This document shows positions 48,337 through 56,965 of a stretch of DNA of 64,000 bases, one piece after another. Below the pieces are notes generated by a model. That model saw only the letters and a program-made list of their open reading frames with translations. It did not search any database and was not told where the DNA came from. This DNA is from Cyanobacteria bacterium SOY_34_metabat_3. GTDB taxonomy: Bacteria > Cyanobacteriota > Cyanobacteriia > Cyanobacteriales > Microcoleaceae. The DNA lies in NCBI GenBank assembly GCA_031399265.1, contig JANNOR010000280.1, positions 15,378-79,377 of the forward strand. The letters are read 5' to 3'. Position numbers and translations under genes: made by a program. Within the stretch, counting starts at the first letter, position 1; each line of letters opens with the position of its first letter.

Positions 48337-49230
48337 TCAACCTTCCAACAACTCCGTAGCATTAGTGCAGGGGAGCGAGAGTACGTAGCGATATCCAGAT
48401 TCCGGGGTACCTTGAATCGAGAGTTGGCCGCCTTGAATTTCCACCAACTGGCAGCAAAGTAGCAGCCCCAAGCGTTCCCGCGCCCCGTAACCAGCTAACG
48501 CCGGTGCGGTATCTGCGGCATTTTGGGCTACCAAAGCCGCCAACTCAGAAAACGCCAGCGTTAATTGCTGAGAACCCTGCGTCTGTGTCGGAAGTTGCGG
48601 TTCGAGTCCGAGTTCCGAGGTTTCGGAGTTCGATCGCGAATCGCTACCCGATCCGACCTTCAACAAGTAATCGGAGTAGAGTTTAGCATGGGGCAAACTT
48701 TCTCCCAACCAAGGATGAAAAACCCAAACTCCGATGTTGATACCCTCTTCTTTTCTAGAAACGTGAACTCGAATCACGCTACCTGCTCCAGCAGATTGAA
48801 TAATGCTAAAAATTAAGTGGTGGAGCATTTGCTGAACTTTATCCTTATCGGCCAACCAGATGCGCGGCCCGGGCCCCATCGATAAGTTAATTTCTTGCTC
48901 TCGTCTACTTGCGGCCTGCGACAAAACTGTTACCACCTGCTGACATAAAGTTTCTATATCGACTGCGGTTCGCTTCAAAGTGAAAGCGGAATCATCTAGT
49001 TCTGCCAGTTCCAAAATTTCTTCAACTAGCGATCGCAAAGACCGGCTGCTGTCTTGGATCACGTCGATATATTCTTTTTGCTTGCTCGTTAAGGGGCCGT
49101 AAATTTCTTGGTTCAACACGCTTGCCATGCCGAGGACAGCAGTGAGCGGCGTGAGTAATTCCTGGGCTAAATGATTCAGCAGTTTTACCTTAATTGAGTG
49201 AGTAGACAAATCGATAGGTTTGTTATTCAT
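48337..49230 (-). CDS. Histidine kinase-like protein with a degenerate H box
   Basis: [13 protein letters not shown] in place of HELRTPL; degenerate HATPase. Confidence 0.75.
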   Translation of the reverse strand: MNNKPIDLSTHSIKVKLLNHLAQELLTPLTAVLGMASVLNQEIYGPLTSKQKEYIDVIQDSSRSLRSLVEEILELAELDDSAFTLKRTAVDIETLCQQVVTVLSQAASRREQEINLSMGPGPRIWLADKDKVQQMLHHLIFSIIQSAGAGSVIRVHVSRKEEGINIGVWVFHPWLGESLPHAKLYSDYLLKVGSGSDSRSNSETSELGLEPQLPTQTQGSQQLTLAFSELAALVAQNAADTAPALAGYGARERLGLLLCCQLVEIQGGQLSIQGTPESGYRYVLSLPCTNATELLEG

Positions 49231-49328
49231 CGGTTATTTTTCTGGCTTTATTATCGAGCGTTGATTATTGGCGGTTTATGAGGTCTCTTTCAAAAGTCTA
49301 TAACAACTTGTTGACGAATGACTGATCA

Positions 49329-50768
49329 CTAATTAATCATTCCTTCTAAAGCCGATTGCAAGTCTTGAGTGAGTTCGGCAACTGCTAACCTGCGACTGCT
49401 TTGATATCCTTCCCAGCGATCGCTCACTGATATCGGTTCGCCCACCGTCATTTGTACCTGCTGTTTGCCCAAAGAAGGCCGAGCGAAAGGATTTCCGCCT
49501 TTGATGCGAGTCAGTACGTCCTGGAGCAGTAAAGTTGTTTCTGCCAAACGTTCTGCTGTCAGTTGTTCTTGGACGTACCTGCCGGTGACGGACACGAAAC
49601 TTTCGACAAGTCTCATGTGCCACATCCGAAGACTTGCTTCTTCAGCGAGGCGATCGGCTAATCCTCTTTCTAAGGGACAAAGTGCTGCAATATCTTTGAT
49701 ATCTTCTCGATAAATATAATCCCAGCCTGCTTGTTCCAGACGGCGGCAGCGGTCTATCAAACTGCCTTTTGGCTTTAAGTTAAAATATTCTTCTGCTACT
49801 TGCAATGCCGTGTCTAACAGTGTTTGCAGGCGAGCCACCAGCACTTCATTGCCAGAATCGTTTGCTGTTTTTTCCGGCAGTGATAATGATGTTAAATTCG
49901 ATTTTGCTGGCAGTAAATTTCGATGATAAAAACGGGTATAAAAGTTTTCCATTACTGCTAGCAAATGGCTGCCCAGTCGAATCAAGCGCAGATATTGAAA
50001 TTTGCGTTCGGGGTTTTCTGAAGCGAGATTTTCCGCCTCTAAATTGGCGGTGTCGCTGCGTTCTAACGGTGGCAGCCCGCAATCTATTTCTAATTGAGTT
50101 AAAAGTTTTTCTAGGGATTCCCAAGGTGGATTGACATAGCGGTATTGAATGCCGATCGGCACAATTAACACTTTTTCAGTGCGATCGGCTTTGTGCAAGT
50201 CTTCAACGCACCAGAAGCCCATTTGAGCAATTCCCGGTTCGAGGGGGCTAACTATTTCATTGTGACCGTTGGTAGCGCCTTCTGGGGCGGCGGCGATCGG
50301 GAATTGGCTGTTGGCGAATAAATCGCGGGCCGATCGCAATCCAGGGCGATCGATCTTGCCGCGGACGATCGGAGTCCCGCCGAGGCGAGAATACAGCCAG
50401 CCGACAGCAGAACCAGCCCACAGCGGAATGCCGCGATCGTAGATAAAGTGGGAATGTACGGGAAATTGCAGGGGAATGCCTTTTTGGCGCGCAGCTTGCG
50501 GAACGAGTTTCCAAACCAGTTGTCCCAAACAGTAGGGATCGTCTGAGTTGGGGTGGCGGAAGGCCAGCAAAAAGCGAACTTTCTGATTTTGAAATTGGTG
50601 GAATAGTTCGGCGAGGGTTTCGACGTTTTCGGCTTGAATATCGCTGATATTCGTCCGCAACCGCAGCCAACAGGGGAGTATTTGCTGACAGCCCCGCACG
50701 ATTAGGGGGTTGTAAGCAGGGGGTATGAATTCCAGCGGCGGCTGAACTTGGTTAATTGAATTGGGCAT
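49329..50768 (-). CDS. 1-acyl-sn-glycerol-3-phosphate acyltransferase-like protein
   Basis: FRHPNSDDP (HxxxxD), PIAAAPEGATNG. Confidence 0.8.
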   Translation of the reverse strand: MPNSINQVQPPLEFIPPAYNPLIVRGCQQILPCWLRLRTNISDIQAENVETLAELFHQFQNQKVRFLLAFRHPNSDDPYCLGQLVWKLVPQAARQKGIPLQFPVHSHFIYDRGIPLWAGSAVGWLYSRLGGTPIVRGKIDRPGLRSARDLFANSQFPIAAAPEGATNGHNEIVSPLEPGIAQMGFWCVEDLHKADRTEKVLIVPIGIQYRYVNPPWESLEKLLTQLEIDCGLPPLERSDTANLEAENLASENPERKFQYLRLIRLGSHLLAVMENFYTRFYHRNLLPAKSNLTSLSLPEKTANDSGNEVLVARLQTLLDTALQVAEEYFNLKPKGSLIDRCRRLEQAGWDYIYREDIKDIAALCPLERGLADRLAEEASLRMWHMRLVESFVSVTGRYVQEQLTAERLAETTLLLQDVLTRIKGGNPFARPSLGKQQVQMTVGEPISVSDRWEGYQSSRRLAVAELTQDLQSALEGMIN

Positions 50769-50884
50769 TTGGCGATTTTAAATTTGAGCTTTGAGATTTT
50801 AGAAAATAGGGCGGTTGAAACCGCTTCTATACAGACAAAACCGACTCCAAGCGGGTTGAAGAGTCAGCAGTTTTAACCGAATAG

Positions 50885-51046
50885 CTAACTAACCGTAGGG
50901 TGCGTCAGGCAGAAAATTCTGAGTCTGCCATCCTTATATTCTCACCTGACGCACCCTACAATAACTAACTAACCGTAGGGTGCGTCAGGCAGAAAATTCT
51001 GAGTTTGCCATCCTTAGATTCTCACCTGACGCACCCTACAATAACT
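50885..51046. repeat. 80-bp tandem duplication of a GTAG REP doublet
   Basis: GTAGGGTGCGTCAG...CTGACGCACCCTAC at 50895-50959 and 50975-51039. Confidence 0.85.
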
Positions 51047-51073
51047 AAAATCTCAAATCTCAAATCTCAAATC

Positions 51074-53080
51074 CTATTGTGCAGCTTCAAGAATTACCTC
51101 TTGGAAGTTAATCACGTCCGATCGCGGATCGCAGTGAGTGACTTTGACTTCAAATCGATCGCCTATTTCGACCGATCGACCAAACCGCATCGCCAATTCT
51201 AAACCCAACTCTTCCAACAAAATCAATCCGAGATTGCTATCTTCCCTTAGCCAGCGCAACATTAAAGCTTCCCAGACTTCTTCAGGATTTCGCCGCAAAT
51301 ATTCCAATCCCCAATAGCGATTTGTTTGGCGTTCGACACTAGAAGCTTCTCTGACTGCTGTACCCAAACACATTACAATGTCCTGCATTTCTTCAGGAGA
51401 AAAAGGTTGCGGTTCATCGCGCAAATGAGCTTTGATTTGGAAATGAGTCAGCAAATCGGTATAACGGCGGATCGGAGAAGTAACTTGAGTGTAGGCTTCC
51501 AAACCCAAACTAGAATGCCTTCCAGGAGTCAAATTCATCTCACTGCGGGGCATACAGCGGCGCACAGCGCAAGCGCGGGCGGGGCCTGCGGGGACTGCTA
51601 ACAGTTCTTCCTCTGGTGGGAGTTCCGGCTGGGGCTGATGGCGGTAGGGTATGGCGAGGCTGTGTGTTTGACCGTAGCGGGCTGCGACTTCTCCGGCTAA
51701 AATCATCATTTCAGCTACTAGCAATCGGGCTGTCGAGTCGTCGATGACGTGAATTTTGATTTCATCGCCGTTGACTTTGATCACCGATTCGGGCATGAAA
51801 ATGCTGATTGCGCCTTGGGTTTCCCGCCATTTTTGTCGGAGTTTGGCAAGTGTGGCGATCGCACTTATTTCCGGTTCTGCTTCGATTCCCAACTCCAACA
51901 TCTCGTCTACATCATCGTAGGTTAAGCGGTAGGTAGGTTTCACCGTGCTGATGTGAATGCTGTAATCTTCGACTGCACCAGTTTCATCTAAAATAATGCT
52001 AAAGCTGAGAGCACTGCACTCTTTACCTTGAATTAAACTCATCGGCCCCGTTGCCAACTCTGGCGGAAACATCGGTATCATCCCTGTGGGGAGGTAAACC
52101 GTGGTAGTGCGTTTCCGGGCTTCCATGTCGAGTTCATCTCCGGGGGAGAGTAAACGAGTGGGATCTGCTATATGTATCCACAGGCGCTGCTGGCCGTTTT
52201 CGAGAAATTCTAAGCTGAGTCCGTCGTCGATTTCGGTAGTGCTTTCATCGTCGATCGTGTAAACCTTTAAGTGAGTTAAATCGAGGCGATTGGTGTCGGA
52301 GTCGCTTGGCAGATTTTCTAGACAGCGTTGAGCTCCTTCTAATACCTTGGCAGGTAATTGTAGGGGAATTTGGCTGCGCCGCAAAAACAGGTTTTCGTGG
52401 TGACTCCATAGGCCGAGATCGACTAAGAGTTGAAAGGCTGCTTCCGGATTTTCGGAACGTTCTAAGCTGGCTAAGGTTTCTAGGGCTGGGGTGCGGTGTG
52501 TAGCTTCTTCTCCCAGGGTGGCAAATCGTTCGAGGGCATCGAGGCGAGTTCGATCGCTACTTGCCCAGTCTACATTTTCCCCGGCCAGTCGCTGCTTGAC
52601 TCGATCCCAAAATCCTTGGGATTCTTGGTGTCGCAGAAATTCTACTTCTTGCTGGTGTTTGATTTCGGCTACTTGGGCGGCCGGCCGCGGTTCGTAACGA
52701 TCGCCCTTTTGTTTGAAATACAATTTGTCTGTTGACAGCAAACAATAGGCTGCATAACATTGGGCCGCAGTGCGATCGGAAAATAGGAGCACTGCTAAGG
52801 ATTCGGGATCGGCGGTTTCTCCACCGTCTACTAGCAATTCCCAAGCTACTTCTAGACTCGATGGATCTGAATAAACTTCTACTTCTTGGAGAAATTTTGG
52901 AATGTCGGAGGGTTTGTAGGTTTCTCCGGCAATTTCATAGGTGATTTGTTTAGGCGGTATGCTGTGCGGTTGACTGTTTTCGTCTACCAACACCCAGTTC
53001 TTTTTGCCGTCGGGGCGATCGGCAACAGCTAGACGGCGGTCGCCGTGGAGTCTAAATTCTACTAAGGTTCCCTTGTCCAC
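51074..53080 (-). CDS. rnb: Ribonuclease II/R family exoribonuclease (RNB domain)
   Basis: TIDDESTTEIDDGLS, HIADP, YTQVTSPIRRYTDL. Confidence 0.92.
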   Translation of the reverse strand: MDKGTLVEFRLHGDRRLAVADRPDGKKNWVLVDENSQPHSIPPKQITYEIAGETYKPSDIPKFLQEVEVYSDPSSLEVAWELLVDGGETADPESLAVLLFSDRTAAQCYAAYCLLSTDKLYFKQKGDRYEPRPAAQVAEIKHQQEVEFLRHQESQGFWDRVKQRLAGENVDWASSDRTRLDALERFATLGEEATHRTPALETLASLERSENPEAAFQLLVDLGLWSHHENLFLRRSQIPLQLPAKVLEGAQRCLENLPSDSDTNRLDLTHLKVYTIDDESTTEIDDGLSLEFLENGQQRLWIHIADPTRLLSPGDELDMEARKRTTTVYLPTGMIPMFPPELATGPMSLIQGKECSALSFSIILDETGAVEDYSIHISTVKPTYRLTYDDVDEMLELGIEAEPEISAIATLAKLRQKWRETQGAISIFMPESVIKVNGDEIKIHVIDDSTARLLVAEMMILAGEVAARYGQTHSLAIPYRHQPQPELPPEEELLAVPAGPARACAVRRCMPRSEMNLTPGRHSSLGLEAYTQVTSPIRRYTDLLTHFQIKAHLRDEPQPFSPEEMQDIVMCLGTAVREASSVERQTNRYWGLEYLRRNPEEVWEALMLRWLREDSNLGLILLEELGLELAMRFGRSVEIGDRFEVKVTHCDPRSDVINFQEVILEAAQ

Positions 53081-53255
53081 TTGCCGCTTTTATATTTTAT
53101 ATTTTAGATTTTTACATTTGCCGCTTATCAGGTTTCGACTTGGGGATTTTAGATTTTGGAGACTTGTATTTTTTCTGGTTAAATGACGTGTACACGTTAC
53201 TTTTGCCTAGGTTTTATTCCAGCCCAAAATCTAAAATCTAAAATCCAAAATCCGA

Positions 53256-53471
53256 TTAGCCTTCTTGGTTTACGAAGGGCATCAGAGCTACAATTCTGGC
53301 TCTTTTGATGCTTCTGGTCAGGTCTCGTTGCTGTTTTGCTGTCAAGCCTGTAATCCGACGGGGCAGGATTTTACCGCGTTCTGTGACGTATTTTTTGAGC
53401 AAATCGACATCTTTATAGTCGATCGGATCTCCTGGTTTGATTGGCGATACACGCCGGCGAAAGTAAGTCAT
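53256..53471 (-). CDS. rpsR: 30S ribosomal protein S18
   Basis: [24 protein letters not shown]; start ATG 53471. Confidence 0.97.
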   Translation of the reverse strand: MTYFRRRVSPIKPGDPIDYKDVDLLKKYVTERGKILPRRITGLTAKQQRDLTRSIKRARIVALMPFVNQEG

Positions 53472-53580
53472 TTTTTGGAGAATTGGTAATTGGGCATTGG
53501 GCATTGGGCATTAGGCATTGGGCATTGGTTACTGTTAGATCGTCACAAATAACAAATGACTAATGACTACTGACTAATGA

Positions 53581-53769
53581 CTACTTGATCTCTTTGTGAT
53601 TCGTGTGCTTGTTGCAATGAGGGCAGAACTTTTTGAGTTCCAGTCGCGCCGTCGTGTTGCGACGGTTCTTGGAGGTGGTGTACCGAGACACGCCTTTCGA
53701 GCGTTTGCTCGCGTTTGTTCGGCACTCAGTACACTCTAGGGTAATTACGATGCGGACGCCTTTAGCCAT
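53581..53769 (-). CDS. rpmG: 50S ribosomal protein L33
   Basis: [27 protein letters not shown]. Confidence 0.97.
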   Translation of the reverse strand: MAKGVRIVITLECTECRTNASKRSKGVSRYTTSKNRRNTTARLELKKFCPHCNKHTNHKEIK

Positions 53770-53807
53770 AATTCTAAATAAATTTCGACTAATTTAAACA
53801 CAATTTG

Positions 53808-54347
53808 TTATCTTCTCACATTAGTCTGCACTTGGTCAAGCAATCTTCTAACTTTGATGTCGAGGGAGTAGCCGCGCCTGGTGCCGATGACGATCGTCCC
53901 GCCGAGTCGATCGTGAAAAGCTTGCGGAAAGCGGGAGGTGTCCGTGAAGGCAACGCTACAGTCGATCGCCAGGGGCAACACGAGCAGCACAACGCCCGCA
54001 TTGGTGGATGTGAGTCCCCCCAGGGCTAGGAAGGCTAAGGCAGCGCAAATGCCCAGCAATGCCTCGCGTTTGGACAGTTCTTGCAGGCCGGGAGTGCGAT
54101 CTAGTCTGGGATCGACAATTTTCATATCCAAAGCCCAGCGCCCAAGGCTTTGACCTTTATTTTTCCTGACGATGGCTACGCGCATAATCAGCCAGAGTAG
54201 GAAGAAAAAGATGGTTTGGGCGATCGGATTTGTACCCAGAAGCAAACTGGGCAGCCAAACGGCAAAGCCATCGATGCAGAAAGCAGCGGCGCGACGCCCG
54301 ATCGATACTTTGGGAAGGAGAGGAACTAAATCGGAACTCATGGGCAA
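53808..54347 (-). CDS. RDD family membrane protein
   Basis: RRAAAFCID, GQSLGRWALDMKIV, HDRLGGT. Confidence 0.85.
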   Translation of the reverse strand: MPMSSDLVPLLPKVSIGRRAAAFCIDGFAVWLPSLLLGTNPIAQTIFFFLLWLIMRVAIVRKNKGQSLGRWALDMKIVDPRLDRTPGLQELSKREALLGICAALAFLALGGLTSTNAGVVLLVLPLAIDCSVAFTDTSRFPQAFHDRLGGTIVIGTRRGYSLDIKVRRLLDQVQTNVRR

Positions 54348-54417
54348 AAAAGAATTACTTTAAAGTGCGTAAGTCCTGTTTCTATCATACCTGAAACTTC
54401 AGAAGTTATTTCACAAT

Positions 54418-54699
54418 TTAATAAACCTCATCATGGCTTCCAATATCAACCAAGACAATTAAATCATCACCTGTTGTAGCATCTTTTTTGAAAGCAAAAA
54501 TGATTCGACAATCATAAGCCACTGAACAAGACCATAAACCGTCCAATTTCCCCGTCAACTTATGAGATTTCAAAGCTGGATTAAAAGGATCATCGCCCAA
54601 CAATCTTACAACCTCTAATATCTGGTCTTGTAATTGGTGATTTTTTTTGATTAATCGCTTAAAACGTTTTTTGAAACACGGATCGGTTGTTAAAATCAT
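54418..54699 (-). CDS. RelE/YafQ-type type II toxin (complete copy)
   Basis: LKSHKLTGKLDGLWSCSV, DIGSHDEVY. Confidence 0.88.
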   Translation of the reverse strand: MILTTDPCFKKRFKRLIKKNHQLQDQILEVVRLLGDDPFNPALKSHKLTGKLDGLWSCSVAYDCRIIFAFKKDATTGDDLIVLVDIGSHDEVY

Positions 54700-54772
54700 T
54701 CTTCCTCATCCTCCAATAAATATGACTTCAAATTCTCACAAGCTACTCTCATGGCTGTTCTCGGCTATACAG
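54588..54772. repeat. 185-bp direct repeat, copy 1 (antitoxin 3' end plus toxin 5' end)
   Basis: Collinear, substitution-diverged copy of 56373-56557. Confidence 0.88.
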
Positions 54773-54879
54773 AATTAAAAAAAATGTATGTACAGAATCG
54801 CCAAGGCGCTTTACTCATCACCCAGTTCGCGCAGTAGAAGGGAGCAATTACCAAAGCGCCTTAATAGCCTTGGCGGTTG

Positions 54880-55062
54880 CTATAACTTGATAAGTCCTCT
54901 AGCAATTTGCTCAACAAGTTCCGAGCGAGAAATGCGGTATCTTTTAGAAAAAGCATCCAGTTTTTTGATAGCCGTTTTGGTAAGGCTAAAGGCGCAGCTT
55001 TGTTTGATCTCGTCGTACATCTCTGGCTGATTTCTCATGCTTTTATGTTTGGGTTTAGCCAT
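54880..55062 (-). CDS. Ribbon-helix-helix (CopG-like) protein
   Basis: AFSLTKTAIKKLD..ISRSELVEQIARG; AGGAG RBS 8 nt before ATG 55062. Confidence 0.75.
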   Translation of the reverse strand: MAKPKHKSMRNQPEMYDEIKQSCAFSLTKTAIKKLDAFSKRYRISRSELVEQIARGLIKL

Positions 55063-55123
55063 GTCAAAAACTCCTTTCTGATTCAGAAAACAAAATTTCA
55101 GCTTGATCCGACGTGAAAATGAC

Positions 55124-55152
55124 AAAAAAAAAGGAGTTCTTGATAGGACTCC
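55124..55152 (-). terminator. Intrinsic terminator upstream of the RHH gene
   Basis: GGAGTCCTATCAAGAACTCC followed by T9 on the minus strand. Confidence 0.75.
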
Positions 55153-55320
55153 CTGGCGAAGGTTGCATTATTCAATTTTTGGTTGTGAAGCGCTGGAAGA
55201 ACCAAACGCTTTCCCGACAAGATAGTCGAGTTTTTTGAGAAGGTTATGATTGCTAAGTTTGAATATTAGCACTTGCTTTGCGAAGCAGGGAGTGCCGGAA
55301 TTCCTAAGCTTTGGGCTTAT
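55124..55320 (-). ncRNA. Candidate structured sRNA or attenuating leader (~197 nt)
   Basis: Sigma70-like promoter upstream, several consecutive hairpins, and terminator GGAGT..ACTCC-T9. Confidence 0.55.
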
Positions 55321-55327
55321 AAAACTC

Positions 55328-55356
55328 ATCATAACACAAACAATCAAAATCGGCAA
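55328..55356 (-). promoter_or_regulatory. Sigma70-type promoter
   Basis: TTGCCG, 17-bp spacer, TATGAT. Confidence 0.7.
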
Positions 55357-55622
55357 GATTTTTGTAATTTATTCTTTAAGTCTTTGCTAGATTGCTTTTA
55401 GCTCTTAATAAGAGCATGGTAGTGGTTGAGGACTTAACTTTTAAAGCGGTTCCTCCTGTTATTACGGCATACTCAATGAATCCTCAATATTCAAGAAATT
55501 GGTTTGTTAATTGTTGCTGCTATACCTCATGAAAGCAGGAACCGCTGTATTTGCGATACGCTTTCCACCCTGTGCATATTAGGTCAAGTTTCTCGATTCA
55601 GCATCAAGGTTAAAAATACCAT

Positions 55623-56318
55623 TTAATCGTCATTCAGTATCATGTCAAATCTTTTTTTAAGCGTTTCAACTACCTCCTCTTCACTCCTACGATGTTTTAG
55701 GATCTCACTGAGTTCTGTTCTAGTATATTCTAACAAATCTTTTATCGAGTGTATTCCTGCTCTTTTTAGAGGATTATAGGCACGAACTGACAACTGTAAT
55801 TCTTCAATAGGAAATAAAGATAGAGGATCGGCATCTTCATTTTCAGTCTCTTCACTTTCTATATTTTGATTATAAGGATCGGTATCTTCATTTTCAGTGT
55901 CTTTACTTTCTATATTTTCCTTGTTTAGTATATTTGCCAATTGATCCAAACACAACTCGGATGACTTTTTTTCCAATAAATAAACATTGCTAGTATAAAG
56001 TTCCATTGTACCTTGAGAGTTTTTTCCAGGAAAACGTCGTTCCGTAACGCTAATAAATCTCCAACCCAGATTTCCTAATTCATTTAATAATTCAATTCTA
56101 TCTATGTTATACTTCTCATCTTCGTAGGCCCCTGTAATTACAAAATGAGGAGTAAAGTTAGACAAACCGTAGAAATTTGTTATTGGTAATGTCTTATAGT
56201 AAAATTCAATATATTGATATTTGGCTTTAATCGCTACTTCTTCGACCAAAGATCGTAGTTCAGATATGAATTCTTTGTCTGTCACAAAAATATTTATTTC
56301 ATCTGAATTGTCATTCAT
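55623..56318 (-). CDS. Fusion of a DUF4177-like N-terminal domain, acidic linker and RNA polymerase alpha-CTD-like domain
   Basis: C-terminal PIEELQLSVRAYNPLKRAGIHSIKDLL..SEEEVVETLKKRF; N-terminal LNELGNLGWRFISV. Confidence 0.8.
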   Translation of the reverse strand: MNDNSDEINIFVTDKEFISELRSLVEEVAIKAKYQYIEFYYKTLPITNFYGLSNFTPHFVITGAYEDEKYNIDRIELLNELGNLGWRFISVTERRFPGKNSQGTMELYTSNVYLLEKKSSELCLDQLANILNKENIESKDTENEDTDPYNQNIESEETENEDADPLSLFPIEELQLSVRAYNPLKRAGIHSIKDLLEYTRTELSEILKHRRSEEEVVETLKKRFDMILNDD

Positions 56319-56352
56319 AATAATACCCTCAACCGTTCAAAATTTTAATATC

Positions 56353-56484
56353 CTAGAGATTATTATAGCAGCGATCATCACCCAACAATTCTAAAACCTC
56401 TAATATCTGGTCTTGTAATTGCTGATTTTTTTTAATTAATCGCTTAAGACTTCTTTTGAAACTCGGATCGGTTGTTAAAATCAT
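56353..56484 (-). pseudogene. Truncated RelE/YafQ-type toxin (43 codons)
   Basis: MILTTDPSFKRSLKRLIKKNQQLQDQILEVLELLGDD then diverges and stops. Confidence 0.8.
56362..56370 (-). promoter_or_regulatory. Extended -10 promoter for the alpha-CTD fusion gene
   Basis: TGCTATAAT immediately inside the cassette junction, about 45 bp before the ATG. Confidence 0.55.
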
Positions 56485-56557
56485 TCCTCCTCATCCTCTA
56501 ATAGATATGACTTCAACTCTTCAAAAGTTCCTCTCATGGCTGTTCCCGTCTCTACAG
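56373..56557. repeat. 185-bp direct repeat, copy 2
   Basis: See copy 1 at 54588-54772. Confidence 0.88.
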
Positions 56558-56699
56558 CCCTAAAGACTTCCTGAGTATTAGCTAAAATTTCAGCCCGCCG
56601 ATTTTCAATCCGTCGCTTGCGGATAAACTCAAAAAACTGATCCTGATCTTCTACTGATAAACTTTCGACCTGATCGATAATTTCTTGTAAAGTCATCAT
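56481..56699 (-). CDS. Putative antitoxin (complete copy)
   Basis: 72-aa ORF with acidic tail; ATGA overlap with the toxin start. Confidence 0.75.
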   Translation of the reverse strand: MMTLQEIIDQVESLSVEDQDQFFEFIRKRRIENRRAEILANTQEVFRAVETGTAMRGTFEELKSYLLEDEEE

Positions 56700-56876
56700 A
56701 CAGCCTCCTTTAAAGTAAAATCAACTAAAGACTTTGCCTCCGCCAAAACCCGATCCTTAATCAAACGACTTAATCCTTGTTCCGTCACAATATCTGCCTT
56801 ACCACCTAGTATATCTTGCAAATCCATCAATAGCCCCCCTGGGAACCAATGCGAAATTTTCTGTAAATCATAGTTT
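56696..56876 (-). pseudogene. 3' remnant of a minimal nucleotidyltransferase (MNT) gene
   Basis: Manual translation YDLQKISHWFPGGLLMDLQDILGGKADIVTEQGLSRLIKDRVLAEAKSL; in-frame stop just upstream. Confidence 0.65.
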
Positions 56877-56965
56877 CTGTCGCGTTAACAGGCAAAGCTA
56901 TGACAGAAATAAATGAGATGATAGGAAGTATAAGCAAGCTTATTTTCATGATTTTAATCATTTCA

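Noticed and set aside
50885-51046. Possible mini CRISPR array
   Set aside because: Two near-identical 80-bp units with no unique spacer; it is a duplicated REP doublet and there are no cas genes
55168-55356. 62-aa ORF in the cassette
   Set aside because: Its TTG start is the -35 hexamer of the local promoter and the region is better explained as structured RNA
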